Part shown: piece by piece, positions 10,316 through 19,996 of the stretch
Position numbering within the stretch: the stretch's first letter is position 1
How the letters are laid out: every line of letters begins with the position of its first letter
Source: Alteromonadaceae bacterium
Lineage (GTDB): Bacteria; Pseudomonadota; Gammaproteobacteria; Enterobacterales; Alteromonadaceae
Direction: 5' to 3'
Length of the DNA: 64,000 nucleotides
Assembly: GCA_016765535.1 (NCBI GenBank)
Contig: JAESPQ010000123.1
Location: forward strand, 880-64,879
The notes under the pieces: model-generated
What the model was told of the DNA's origin: nothing
Database searches by the model: none
Seen by the model: the letters and a program-made list of their open reading frames with translations, nothing else
Position numbers and translations under genes: made by a program

Positions 10316-11227
10316 ATGGCTAAAAGTACATCATCTCAATATAAAACACCACAAACTAAAAAAGCAAAACCACCAAAAACTCAGCAAAACAAACCGGTTA
10401 AAGTTTTTATGCAAGGTGAGCCATTATCTCCTTGGCGTGAACATATTCATGAAATTATATTTGAAGCAGATACACCCGCAGGAAAATTATTTGATATTGC
10501 TTTAATAGTTACCATTATTATTAGTGTACTAGCAGTAATGCTTAGCAGTGTTGAAAGCATCAATAAAGAATATGGACAATGGCTGACCTATTCAGAATGG
10601 GCTTTTACCGTTTTATTTTCTCTTGAATATATACTGCGTGTTATATGTGTCCGTAGACCTTGGCTATATATTAAAAGCTTTTTTGGTATTGTCGATTTAC
10701 TCTCTATTTTACCCAGTTATATCGCGCTATTTTTTGCTGGCGCGCAAACCATGATGGTTATTCGCGCTCTACGGGTATTACGTATTTTTAGAATTTTCAA
10801 ACTAGGTGAATACTTAGGCGAAGCGCATGCGTTAATACGTGCAATGCGTGCCAGTCGCACTAAAATTTTTATTTTTCTCTACACCGTATTTATCTTTGTC
10901 ATTATTTTTGGCTCTGCAATGTATTTAGTAGAAGGCAGCGAAAATGGCTTTAGCAGCATTCCAAAGTCTATCTATTGGGCAATTGTGACCTTAACCACGG
11001 TTGGTTATGGTGATTTAGCACCTCACACTAGTCTAGGACAAATGTTAGCATCAGCAGTAATGATCATGGGTTATGCCATTATTGCCGTACCAACAGGGAT
11101 TTATACTGCTGAATTAGCAAAAGAATATAAACGTGATGTAACTAATATTGCTTGTCAAAATTGCGGAGAAGAAGGACATGATAGTGATGCTAAATTTTGT
11201 AAGTATTGTGGCTGTTGTTTAGAATGA
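10316..11227 (+). CDS. voltage-gated-type potassium channel with C-terminal Cys4 zinc-ribbon tail
   Basis: S4-like segment IRALRVLRIFRIFKL (basic residue every third position), TVGYGD selectivity filter, C-terminal CQNCGEEGHDSDAKFCKYCGCC. Confidence 0.85.
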   Translation: MAKSTSSQYKTPQTKKAKPPKTQQNKPVKVFMQGEPLSPWREHIHEIIFEADTPAGKLFDIALIVTIIISVLAVMLSSVESINKEYGQWLTYSEWAFTVLFSLEYILRVICVRRPWLYIKSFFGIVDLLSILPSYIALFFAGAQTMMVIRALRVLRIFRIFKLGEYLGEAHALIRAMRASRTKIFIFLYTVFIFVIIFGSAMYLVEGSENGFSSIPKSIYWAIVTLTTVGYGDLAPHTSLGQMLASAVMIMGYAIIAVPTGIYTAELAKEYKRDVTNIACQNCGEEGHDSDAKFCKYCGCCLE

Positions 11228-11233
11228 AATTTA

Positions 11234-12208
11234 TTATAAACAGTCCAAGTTCAGCCATTTCCGCCAAATTATTGGGTATCTTTCAAGCCAATACCTTACT
11301 GCTTTTTCGGGTGTTACAGAATATTGTTTTTTAATCGCAGCAGCATCAGCATCAGCAATCATTTCACTAGTAAACTGTATTTTTTTTATTTTATCAAACA
11401 AACACAAATGTTGTTTGGTGAAATCATATGAAACAACTTTTTTTATCCATCCTTTTGATGGACTACCACAATCATGGGTCAAATGAGGGTTAATTCCCCA
11501 TTTACTATTACTTAAACAAGCGTCATTAAATTTTGGAAATTCAATAAATTCTCCCAATAATTTTTTATCAGTCCAATTAGGTCGCCAATTTAATAATACA
11601 ATCCCTTGTTTTTTTTGGTAGGCTGATTGTAATTTATGCCAAAGTTTATCTTCATTACCTAAACGTTTCACCACAAAAGGTAAACTTAAGGCTCTAATTC
11701 TCAAAATATCATCATTTCCCCAATGTCCAGTATAAAAAGTAGGTCTTTGAGTATCCGTATCTAGAAATAATTTTTTGCAATTAATCAATGCATGCCAATC
11801 AGGTAGTTGCGGACATTTTTCTTTTAAATAACTTGGAAACCACCATTCTTCGCGAGTACTAGCAAGGTGTTTACCTGCATCAATAATTCTATGATTTGCT
11901 AAAAACTCTTTGGCTTTACTTGACATGGTTCCTTGCCATACCGAGAATTGTACATCAACAACTCCTTGTGATAAAGCACCCCATTGATCTTTAACTGAAA
12001 TTTTTTGATAATTCACCTTATATCCATAATTTTGTAATAAGTGACCAATAACATGAGTTAATACTTGTTGAGAAGCCCAATCATTTTCAGCTAAGGTTAT
12101 AGTATTCTTCTGAGATAGAGCAAAACTAGAGTATAACGCACAGTATAGAATCAATACCAAAAAGAATATTGCAATAGAATAATATTTAATCGAGTTATAA
12201 TGGATCAT
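11234..12208 (-). CDS. glycine betaine/osmoprotectant ABC-type substrate-binding-domain protein (orphan)
   Basis: Signal/TM N-terminus and a ProX/OpuAC-like pattern (TLAENDWASQQVLTHVIG...). No adjacent permease or ATPase gene. Confidence 0.55.
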   Translation of the reverse strand: MIHYNSIKYYSIAIFFLVLILYCALYSSFALSQKNTITLAENDWASQQVLTHVIGHLLQNYGYKVNYQKISVKDQWGALSQGVVDVQFSVWQGTMSSKAKEFLANHRIIDAGKHLASTREEWWFPSYLKEKCPQLPDWHALINCKKLFLDTDTQRPTFYTGHWGNDDILRIRALSLPFVVKRLGNEDKLWHKLQSAYQKKQGIVLLNWRPNWTDKKLLGEFIEFPKFNDACLSNSKWGINPHLTHDCGSPSKGWIKKVVSYDFTKQHLCLFDKIKKIQFTSEMIADADAAAIKKQYSVTPEKAVRYWLERYPIIWRKWLNLDCL

Positions 12209-12290
12209 TATCTACACTAATAATTTGTATGATTCATAAAGCATAGCCTTTTATTAATAAACATTCTAAATTTTTATTATATTACAGACG

Positions 12291-12319
12291 AAAAAAACCA
12301 GTCAAAAGACTGGTTTTTT
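12291..12319 (-). terminator. rho-independent terminator hairpin at the end of the tRNA operon
   Basis: AAAAAAACCAGTCAAAAGACTGGTTTTTT, a perfect 7 bp stem flanked by A and T runs. A second copy lies at 12482-12511. Confidence 0.7.
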
Positions 12320-12335
12320 CTCTCTTCAAAAAATG

Positions 12336-12423
12336 TGGCGATTGCTCCGAAGTCGAACCTGCGACCGCCTGGTTCATAGCCACTTCTTTTCATCAAGAGG
12401 CTATCCAGCTAAGCTACGCGTCC
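12336..12423 (-). pseudogene. decayed tRNA-Arg-like copy
   Basis: Shares the 5' acceptor/D-arm and T-arm sequence with the intact tRNA-Arg. It has a ~11 nt insertion in the D/anticodon region, and the acceptor and T stems no longer pair. Confidence 0.7.
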
Positions 12424-12481
12424 GCGGTCTAAATAATTAATAGTGAATTTATCTGATATTTTAGTAAATAAATTTCAGACG

Positions 12482-12511
12482 AAAAAAAACCAGTCAAAAG
12501 ACTGGTTTTTT
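12482..12511 (-). terminator. rho-independent terminator hairpin (second copy)
   Basis: Same ACCAGTCAAAAGACTGGT hairpin with T-run, immediately downstream of tRNA-Arg copy 12528-12604. Confidence 0.65.
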
Positions 12512-12527
12512 CTCTCTTCAAAAGATG

Positions 12528-12604
12528 TGGCGGACGCGGCAGGAGTCGAACCTGCGACCGCCTGGTTCGTAGCCAGGTACTCTATCCAGCTGAGCTACGC
12601 GTCC
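12528..12604 (-). tRNA. tRNA-Arg(ACG)
   Basis: Reverse complement GGACGCGTAGCTCAGCTGGATAGAGTACCTGGCTACGAACCAGGCGGTCGCAGGTTCGACTCCTGCCGCGTCCGCCA folds as a 77 nt cloverleaf with anticodon loop CTACGAA. Confidence 0.95.
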
Positions 12605-12674
12605 GCGGTCTAAAATTTATTTTATTAGCCTTAATAGTAGCTAACTTTCATTATTTATCCACTTGAAAGAAAAG

Positions 12675-12768
12675 TGGCGGACGCGGTAGGAGTCGAACCT
12701 GCGACCGAAAGGGATCGTCGTAGCCAACTCTTTACCAACAAAAAGCTATCCAGCTGAGCTTTGTGTCC
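12675..12768 (-). pseudogene. decayed tRNA-Arg-like copy (94 nt)
   Basis: Intact T-arm and 3' acceptor. The anticodon region is replaced or expanded, and the 5' acceptor GGACACA no longer pairs with CGCGTCC. Confidence 0.65.
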
Positions 12769-12828
12769 GTAATAACCTTTATTTTATATCTTGGTCAAGA
12801 TAACCCACTTTATTCCTAAGAATAAAAG

Positions 12829-12905
12829 TGGCGGACGCGGCAGGAGTCGAACCTGCGACCGCCTGGTTCGTAGCCAGGTACTCTATCCAGCTGAGCTACG
12901 CGTCC
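12829..12905 (-). tRNA. tRNA-Arg(ACG), second identical copy
   Basis: Sequence identical to 12528-12604. Confidence 0.95.
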
Positions 12906-12940
12906 GCAATAACCTTTTTTTATATCTCGGTTAGAGATAA

Positions 12941-12998
12941 CGAACCTTGTTCGTAGCCACCTAATCCTGAATAATCTATCCAGCTGAGCTACGCGTCC
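12941..12998 (-). pseudogene. truncated tRNA-Arg-like fragment
   Basis: Retains the 5' acceptor/D-arm (GGACGCGTAGCTCAGCTGGATAG) and TTCGTAGCC. The T-arm and 3' end are missing. Confidence 0.65.
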
Positions 12999-13041
12999 GC
13001 AATAACCTTTTTTTATATCTCAGTTAGAGATATTAACAGAA

Positions 13042-13133
13042 TGGCGGTGAGCGAGAGATTCGAACTCTCGAACGGATTTAAAGCCGTTACTCCCTTAGCA
13101 GGGGAGCGCCTTCGGCCACTCGGCCAGCTCACC
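13042..13133 (-). tRNA. tRNA-Ser(GCT)
   Basis: Reverse complement GGTGAGCTGGCCGAGTGGCCGAAGGCGCTCCCCTGCTAAGGGAG...GAGAGTTCGAATCTCTCGCTCACCGCCA. Long variable arm, anticodon loop CTGCTAA. Same csrA-tRNA-Ser-tRNA-Arg order as the E. coli csrA-serV-argV cluster. Confidence 0.95.
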
Positions 13134-13374
13134 TTTTATTCTGTTTTCACCAGTTAAACTATCTTTTGTTATTACTTATAAAAAGTAAAAATAATCGACC
13201 GCCTCTCTAGTGGGTGCGAATATTAATGGATCTTAGAAATATGTCAAACACTTTTTTGCCTTTAATGACTGTTTGGCGAGAATTCGTGCAACAAGGTATT
13301 TTTTTAAGCACTTTATCAACAAATATCGCTAAATATAAACATGTTGTTCGTCACGGCTATAAAAATACAAGCGT

Positions 13375-13511
13375 AAAAAAACCAGCTATTCGCTGGCTTG
13401 AGATAATTCAAAAAATGAAACTAGAAGTTTCCTGCTTTTTCTGGATCATCTTTTTCGGCTTGAATACGCATATCAATTTCTTCACTGAGGATTATAGACA
13501 GAAATTTCTTT
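13375..13511 (-). pseudogene. partial duplicate of the csrA 3' end plus its terminator (frameshifted)
   Basis: 13375-13511 aligns with 13564-13693 (offset 189, then 182 after a 7 nt indel). The reading frame decays to ...KEISVYNPQ*. Confidence 0.85.
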
Positions 13512-13563
13512 AATAAAATGAGCATACATCTTTATTTTACTAACTCAAACAAATACTAAAAAC

Positions 13564-13586
13564 AAAAAAGCCAGCTATTCGCTGGC
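13564..13586 (-). terminator. csrA rho-independent terminator
   Basis: GCCAGC-TATTC-GCTGGC hairpin followed by a T-run on the minus strand, about 25 nt after the csrA stop. Confidence 0.7.
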
Positions 13587-13609
13587 TTGAGATAATTCAA
13601 AAAATGAAA

Positions 13610-13804
13610 CTAGAAGTTTCCTGCTTTTTCTGGATCATCTTTTTCGGCTTGAATACGCATATAAATTTCCTCACGATGCACAGAAATTTCTTTGGGTGCA
13701 TTAACACCAATACGTACTTGGTTGCCTTTCACTCCTAACACAGTGACAGTCACTTCGTCACCAATCATCAATGTTTCACCAACGCGACGTGTTAAAATTA
13801 ACAT
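13610..13804 (-). CDS. csrA: carbon storage regulator CsrA
   Basis: [48 protein letters not shown], canonical CsrA sequence. Confidence 0.97.
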   Translation of the reverse strand: MLILTRRVGETLMIGDEVTVTVLGVKGNQVRIGVNAPKEISVHREEIYMRIQAEKDDPEKAGNF

Positions 13805-13976
13805 CTTTTATCCCTTTTTTTTATGGTTAAAATTGAAATTCACTAAATTTATCTCTTCTCTATATTTACTAAGCTAGGCGTAAATATAAAGTTAGTATAA
13901 CATTAAATAAAAAACACGATAATTTGCTATTTTTTATTTTCAACTTAAAACTATTGTTCCAAACAATTATTTCAAA

Positions 13977-15212
13977 TTAAGTTAATAGCGTTAAATTAAA
14001 AGCATCATGCAATGCATCAAGCCCTTTAATTAAATCTATCTCATTAATTATAACAGATATATGTATTTCAGAGCTAAAAATCAAGCTAATAGTGATATTT
14101 TTTTGTGCTAATATTGAAAATACCATGTCAACTTGCGATTTTACACCAACACCTACTACCGAAAGTTTAGCAATATTTTCAACTATTTTAATAGTAGGTA
14201 AATGGTAAGTTTGCGTAACGTTTTGTAACACCGAAACGGCGTGCAACCTATCTCTTTTATGCAACGTAAAACTTAAGGATATTAACGGGGTAATAATTTC
14301 ACTTCGGCGGTTATGAAACGATTGATTGATCATATCAACGTCAATATTTTCGTTAGCCAAAGCGATAAATATTGCATCGACCACCTCGTTGGTAGGAATA
14401 TCACTAAGGCTAATCATAACTTCTTGCTGTTGGTGAACAACACTAGAAATATCTTGCTGTTTTAGCAACCATTCCTCATTCTGTTGATTAATCACTCGTG
14501 TGCCCTTACCCTCACAAAAGCTACTTAATACACGAATGGGTAAATTATGTCGCATCGCGTACTCTACCGAGCGGTTATGCAGCACTTTTGCGCCTAAATT
14601 TGCCATCACTAACATTTCATCAAAAGAAATACAGTCGAGTTTTCTCGCTGCTGGCACTACACGTGGATCGGCGGTATATATACCGTCAACATCCGTAAAT
14701 ATTTGGCACTCGCTGGCGCCCAGCGTTGCCGCGATAGCAATCGCTGAAGTGTCTGAACCACCACGTCCAAGTGTGGTAATATTTTTTTCAACATCAACAC
14801 CTTGAAAACCAGCCACAATCACTATTTGTTCTTGCTCTAATGATTGTAATAAGCGTTTATTGTCAATTGATTTAATGCGCGCTCGACCAAAGTGATTGTC
14901 GGTTAAAATACCAATTTGGTGAGCTAATAATGAAACCGCAGAATAACCGCGTTGAATTAGCGCAATTGCCAGCAAAGCAATGCTAGTTTGCTCACCTGTA
15001 GCCAGTAGCATGTCTAATTCACGATTTGATGGTTGCTTATCTAAAGAGTGTGCCATCGCGAGTAAACGATTAGTTTCACCTGACATGGCCGAAAGTACCA
15101 CAACAACTTGATGGCCTTGTTGCCGCGTTTTTATAATATTGTCAGCGACCGCTTCAATACGATTAAGGGAACCGACTGAGGTTCCCCCATATTTTTGTAC
15201 AATAATTGCCAT
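13977..15212 (-). CDS. lysC: aspartate kinase (monofunctional)
   Basis: N-terminal VQKYGGTSVG kinase motif, C-terminal ACT-like region. Sits between alaS and csrA as in pseudomonads. Confidence 0.9.
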   Translation of the reverse strand: MAIIVQKYGGTSVGSLNRIEAVADNIIKTRQQGHQVVVVLSAMSGETNRLLAMAHSLDKQPSNRELDMLLATGEQTSIALLAIALIQRGYSAVSLLAHQIGILTDNHFGRARIKSIDNKRLLQSLEQEQIVIVAGFQGVDVEKNITTLGRGGSDTSAIAIAATLGASECQIFTDVDGIYTADPRVVPAARKLDCISFDEMLVMANLGAKVLHNRSVEYAMRHNLPIRVLSSFCEGKGTRVINQQNEEWLLKQQDISSVVHQQQEVMISLSDIPTNEVVDAIFIALANENIDVDMINQSFHNRRSEIITPLISLSFTLHKRDRLHAVSVLQNVTQTYHLPTIKIVENIAKLSVVGVGVKSQVDMVFSILAQKNITISLIFSSEIHISVIINEIDLIKGLDALHDAFNLTLLT

Positions 15213-15218
15213 TAAAAG

Positions 15219-17825
15219 TTAAAGACGCTCTGCAAGCCATGCTTCAACGGTTGCTAAAGCCGCTGGTACGTTTTCTGGTTGACTACCACCTGCTTGTGCC
15301 ATATCTGGTCGTCCGCCACCTTTACCACCTACTTGCTGAGCAACCATATTCACCAATTCACCCGCTTTTACTTTACCAATTAAGTCTTTAGTCACACCAA
15401 CAATTAAACCAACTTTACCTTCATTGGGTGCAGCCAACATAATGATGCCTGACTGCATTTTGTTTTTAAGCTCGTCAACCATACCACGCAAAGCTTTTGT
15501 TTCAACACCTTCTAAATTGGCTATTAGCACTTTAATACCGTTAATATCTATCGCTTGGCTTAAAATATCAGCTCCTGCTTGTGCCGCTAACTTTTGTTTT
15601 AATGCATTAATTTCTTTTTCTAATGATTTGTTTTTAGTGAGCAACTGTTCAACTTTATCAGCCACACCACTAATATCAGATTTTACTTTAGCTGAAATAT
15701 TATTAAGCAATTGTGATTGCTGTTCAACATAGTTAATCGCCCCCGATCCTGATACGGCTTCAATGCGACGAATGCCTGCGGCAATACCAGATTCTGACAC
15801 TATTTTAATTAAACCGATATCGCCCGTTCGGTCAACATGAACACCACCACATAATTCAATCGAAGCATCACCTAACGTTACCACGCGAACTTCATCATCA
15901 TATTTTTCACCAAACAATGCCATTGCACCTTGCTCTTTGGCCTCATCTATTGGTAATAATTTCGTATTGCGTTGATGATTATGGCGAATTTCAGCATTTA
16001 CCATACGTTCAACTTGCTGCAATTCATCAGCCGTTACCGCTTCAAAATGCGAAAAATCAAAACGTAGTTTTTCGTCATCGACCAACGAACCTCTTTGCGC
16101 CACATGTTCACCTAGCACTTTGCGTAAAGCCGCATGTAATAAATGTGTCGCTGTATGGTTTTTAATAATGGCTTGACGGCGTTCAACATTAATTTTTGCA
16201 TTAACCCGAGCATTAACGCCTACATTAGTTTTTACTATGCCTTGATGAGCAAAGGCGTTACCTAATTTAGTAGTATTTTGCACTTCAAAACAAAGATCAT
16301 CACCAATATATAAAGTACCAGTATCACCAACTTGACCACCCGACTCAGCATAAAAAGGCGTATTATCGAGTACCACAACACCTTGTTCACCTGTCTGTAA
16401 TTGCGCCACTGACTTACCTGTTACAGCATCGAACAACTCGACAACTGTCGCCGAATACTCATGGTTAGTGTAACCTTTAAAATTAGTGACATGATCCGAT
16501 TTAAGCTGTTCATTATAATCAGTACCAAAGTTACTCGCTTTTTGCGCACGTTCACGTTGTAAACCCATAGCAACGTCAAAACCATTATGATCAATTTTTA
16601 ATTCACGTTCACGGGCAATATCTGCGGTTAAATCCGCAGGAAAACCATACGTATCATAAAGTTTAAATACATCTTCACCATGAATAGTATCACCAACCAA
16701 TTTGGCTAAAATATCCTCAAGTAAATTCATACCGCGATCTAACGTGCGACCAAATTGCTCTTCTTCAATGCGTAATAATTTTTCAATAATCGCTTGTTGC
16801 TGTACAAGTTCTGGATAAGCATCACCCATTTGCGTAATTAACGAGGCAACTAATTTATGGAAAAAATGCCCTTTCGCTTCCAATTTATGGCCGTGGCGAA
16901 TAGCACGGCGAATAATGCGGCGCAATACATAGCCTCGCCCTTCGTTTGACGGCACAACGCCATCAACAATTAAAAAGCTACACGAACGAATATGATCGGC
17001 AATAACACGCAGTGATTTATGTTCTAAATCATTACATTGTAATAAATTTGCAGTGTCTCGAATTAAGTTTTGGAAAATATCAATTTCGTAATTACTATGC
17101 ACATTTTGCATTATCGCAGCAATACGCTCTAGCCCCATACCTGTATCTATCGACGGATTTGGTAATGGTTCCATGCTACCGTCAGCTTGACGGTTATATT
17201 GCATAAAGACAATGTTCCAAATTTCAATAAAACGGTCACCGTCTTCATCAGGAGTCCCAGGAGGACCACCAAAAATATTTTCGCCATGATCATAAAAAAT
17301 CTCTGAACAAGGACCACAAGGACCCGTGTCACCCATTGACCAAAAGTTATCTTTAGCGCCAATACGAATAACACGTTCGGCTGGCACACCTATTTTTTCT
17401 AGCCATATTTTTTCAGCTTCATCGTCTTCTTCAAAAACAGTAACGGTCAATTTTTCTTTAGGAATGAGTAAAACTTCCGTTAAAAACTGCCATGCAAAAC
17501 TAATCGCGTCTTCTTTAAAATAATCACCAAAACTGAAATTGCCCATCATTTCAAAAAAAGTATGATGGCGAGCGGTATAGCCCACATTTTCTAAATCATT
17601 GTGTTTACCGCCAGCACGTACACAACGCTGTGCTGACGTTGCACGGGTATAACTACGTTGTTCTGCGCCCAAAAAGACATCTTTAAAAGGCACCATACCG
17701 GCATTGGTAAACAATAAGGTTGCGTCGTTACCCGGCACTAAAGAGCCACTTTTAACAACTTGGTGCTGTTTTGAGGCAAAATAGTCTAAAAATGCCTGAC
17801 GTACTTGTGCAGTAGATTTGATCAT
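15219..17825 (-). CDS. alaS: alanine--tRNA ligase
   Basis: 868 aa with class II catalytic core, HTATHLLH editing-domain motif and C-terminal DHHA1-like region. Confidence 0.97.
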   Translation of the reverse strand: MIKSTAQVRQAFLDYFASKQHQVVKSGSLVPGNDATLLFTNAGMVPFKDVFLGAEQRSYTRATSAQRCVRAGGKHNDLENVGYTARHHTFFEMMGNFSFGDYFKEDAISFAWQFLTEVLLIPKEKLTVTVFEEDDEAEKIWLEKIGVPAERVIRIGAKDNFWSMGDTGPCGPCSEIFYDHGENIFGGPPGTPDEDGDRFIEIWNIVFMQYNRQADGSMEPLPNPSIDTGMGLERIAAIMQNVHSNYEIDIFQNLIRDTANLLQCNDLEHKSLRVIADHIRSCSFLIVDGVVPSNEGRGYVLRRIIRRAIRHGHKLEAKGHFFHKLVASLITQMGDAYPELVQQQAIIEKLLRIEEEQFGRTLDRGMNLLEDILAKLVGDTIHGEDVFKLYDTYGFPADLTADIARERELKIDHNGFDVAMGLQRERAQKASNFGTDYNEQLKSDHVTNFKGYTNHEYSATVVELFDAVTGKSVAQLQTGEQGVVVLDNTPFYAESGGQVGDTGTLYIGDDLCFEVQNTTKLGNAFAHQGIVKTNVGVNARVNAKINVERRQAIIKNHTATHLLHAALRKVLGEHVAQRGSLVDDEKLRFDFSHFEAVTADELQQVERMVNAEIRHNHQRNTKLLPIDEAKEQGAMALFGEKYDDEVRVVTLGDASIELCGGVHVDRTGDIGLIKIVSESGIAAGIRRIEAVSGSGAINYVEQQSQLLNNISAKVKSDISGVADKVEQLLTKNKSLEKEINALKQKLAAQAGADILSQAIDINGIKVLIANLEGVETKALRGMVDELKNKMQSGIIMLAAPNEGKVGLIVGVTKDLIGKVKAGELVNMVAQQVGGKGGGRPDMAQAGGSQPENVPAALATVEAWLAERL

Positions 17826-17872
17826 TACTTATCCAGTTTTCTGTAAATGTTTAAATGCTAATTTTTAGTAAG

Positions 17873-18304
17873 TTACTTAATTAAGGCAAGTATTTGCTCA
17901 AACGAAAAACCACGGCTTTGCATAAAACGCAGTCGTTTTGCCTTATCTTTTTTATCTTTTATTTCGCTATCACCAAAGCGTTTATTATACGCAAGCTCAG
18001 CTTGAAGATACCAATCTATTTGTTGGTTTTTATATTCTTGGTTAATTATACTTTCACAAACGCCTTTTTGCTTTAATGCCTGTTTTATATATTGCCAGCC
18101 ATAACCTTTTGTTACGCGATGGCGCACAATACATTCAGCATAACGCTGATCGCTTTGATAATTATTTTGCTGAAGATGTTCAATAACGGGGGTTATATCG
18201 CTTAATGAATATTCTTTGGCGCGCAGCTTATCAACGAGTTCATTGGCAGAATGTTCTCGTCGTGATAAATAATTAATAGCAGAGTGTAAAACGTTGGTAT
18301 TCAA
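17873..18304 (-). CDS. recX: recombination regulator RecX (TTG start, start uncertain)
   Basis: 143 aa with helical-repeat pattern (YLSRREHSANELVDKLRAK...) immediately upstream of alaS. No recA gene follows upstream in this window. Confidence 0.75.
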   Translation of the reverse strand: MNTNVLHSAINYLSRREHSANELVDKLRAKEYSLSDITPVIEHLQQNNYQSDQRYAECIVRHRVTKGYGWQYIKQALKQKGVCESIINQEYKNQQIDWYLQAELAYNKRFGDSEIKDKKDKAKRLRFMQSRGFSFEQILALIK

Positions 18305-18416
18305 AACTAAACAAAATCAGGTGAAAGTAGTCTTTATTGGCTATTATTTTACCTAAATATATAACTATTACCACTGCTATAACAGCTTCAATAAGGTTAA
18401 AGTAATTTAAAGAGTG

Positions 18417-19304
18417 TTAATGATAGCTTAAATCAGCAACAACCGTTTTTAACCACTTTTCTTCATTGATAAACTGCCAAGACCACTGTTTATAATTATC
18501 ACCCAAACCTAAAATAACAATTTCTTGCTCGGTTTTACCTTCATTTAATAACTGACTAACACGTTTAATGCTATAGGCGATCATATCGGCAAAGGCTTGA
18601 TAGCGTTTTTTATCGGTTAATTTACCATGCCCAGGAATAATTACCACATCATCAGGAACTTGTGCTAATAATGTTTGCACTGCCGACAAATAGCCTTTAA
18701 CACTACCACCACGCTTTAAATCAATATAAGGAAAGCCCAATTCAAAAAATAAATCACCCGTATGTAATACATTCGCTTTTTTAAAATACACTGCAGTATC
18801 GCTATCAGTATGCGCGCTAGGATAATGAGTTAATTGTACTTCTTCATCAGCTAAGTGAATAACGATGCCATCTTGATAGGTAATGTCAGGTAAAAATTCT
18901 GCTTTTTTACCTTCATCAAGTAGGCGTTCTAATACATTTTGATGGGCAAAAATAGGCGCTTGGTGAGAGAAATAACCATTACTTCCCGTATGATCGCCAT
19001 GAAAATGCGTATTAATAATATACTTAATAGGTTGTTTACTAATGGATTGCATTGCGGTTTCAATGCGTTCGGCTAACGGCTCAAATTGATCATCAATCAT
19101 TATTAAGCCTTTATCGGTTGCCAACACACCAATATTACCACCCGCACCTTTAAGCATATAAACGTTATTGCGTGCTTTAATAACGTTTATTTTAACATTA
19201 TCAAATTCATTACTACTCGCCGCAGTACTCGTAATACTGAACATACTGATAACTAGAGTTAAACAAAGAGCAGTTACGCAAGGTATTGAACGGTATTTTT
19301 TCAT
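18417..19304 (-). CDS. secreted MBL-fold metallo-hydrolase
   Basis: Signal peptide and HFHGDHTG (HxHxDH) zinc-binding motif. Confidence 0.85.
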   Translation of the reverse strand: MKKYRSIPCVTALCLTLVISMFSITSTAASSNEFDNVKINVIKARNNVYMLKGAGGNIGVLATDKGLIMIDDQFEPLAERIETAMQSISKQPIKYIINTHFHGDHTGSNGYFSHQAPIFAHQNVLERLLDEGKKAEFLPDITYQDGIVIHLADEEVQLTHYPSAHTDSDTAVYFKKANVLHTGDLFFELGFPYIDLKRGGSVKGYLSAVQTLLAQVPDDVVIIPGHGKLTDKKRYQAFADMIAYSIKRVSQLLNEGKTEQEIVILGLGDNYKQWSWQFINEEKWLKTVVADLSYH

Positions 19305-19449
19305 GGTTATTATTCTTATAAATTGCCTTCGATGTTAACAAAGAATATAACATAAATTGTAGCGGTGTATAATTAGCTCCATTAAAAACAAAAATGGCTT
19401 CCAAAAGAAACCATTTATACGTTAAATTTACTCACTTTAACCATTAAAA

Positions 19450-19773
19450 CTAACTCGCTTTTTTACTACCACCCATGCATATTGGAGATATTGGCACGTC
19501 ATCGCTGTAATAGTCTTGCCATTCTTGTTGGGTATAAGTATGTAACGCTAGCGCATGAATTTTTTCAGCAAGTTCATCGGCCAAAATGCTATTAATAGCG
19601 CGATGACGCTTAATTAACCTTTCGCCTTCAAACTCTTTTGAAACAATTACTACTTTAAAATGAGACTCACTACCCGCAGGCACATTATGTTGGTGACTTT
19701 CGTTAACAACATCTAAATATAAAGGTGAAAAAGTGTTTAATAATTTTTGCTCAATTGTTGCTTCTACGGACAT
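19450..19773 (-). CDS. BolA family protein
   Basis: 107 aa with ESHQH...SHFKVVIVS...RHRAIN pattern typical of BolA/IbaG. Confidence 0.85.
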   Translation of the reverse strand: MSVEATIEQKLLNTFSPLYLDVVNESHQHNVPAGSESHFKVVIVSKEFEGERLIKRHRAINSILADELAEKIHALALHTYTQQEWQDYYSDDVPISPICMGGSKKAS

Positions 19774-19996
19774 GTTTTTTCCTTAGTGAAAATACTTTCT
19801 TATACTTTAACTCTAGTAACAATTTTCGATTATACCATCTATCTAGACGGCTAAAAAAGTAAAATATCGCTAAGACAATGTCATTATTGATAATTTAATT
19901 TAAGTTATTTTTCTTACTTGAATTCAAGCTAGCTACTGAGTTCTATTTTTGACACAATAGCCGTCTATTTTTGTTTAAAAACCATACTGTTAACTC

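Noticed and set aside
12290-13140. A repeat-spacer-like periodic array that could be mistaken for CRISPR.
   Set aside because: The repeats are tRNA-Arg genes and their decayed copies, with repeated spacers. There are no short palindromic repeats of uniform length and no cas genes.
13214-13513. 99 aa plus-strand ORF from the track.
   Set aside because: It lies across the decayed duplicate of the csrA 3' end and terminator, has no RBS and is low-complexity. It is an artefact of the duplication.
14498-17523. Multiple 60-100 aa ORFs antisense to or overlapping lysC and alaS. The same type of ORF also lies inside ccmC, ccmA, ccmF, guaA, guaB, xseA, der, hisS, tmcA, oadA, oadB, ampG and the MCP gene.
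   Set aside because: They are shadow ORFs inside strongly supported conserved genes. None has independent support.
19213-19404. 63 aa ORF overlapping the start of the MBL hydrolase gene, and 31175-31402 overlapping the guaB start and xseA promoter region.
   Set aside because: They overlap well-supported genes or promoter regions, and their composition is typical of chance ORFs.
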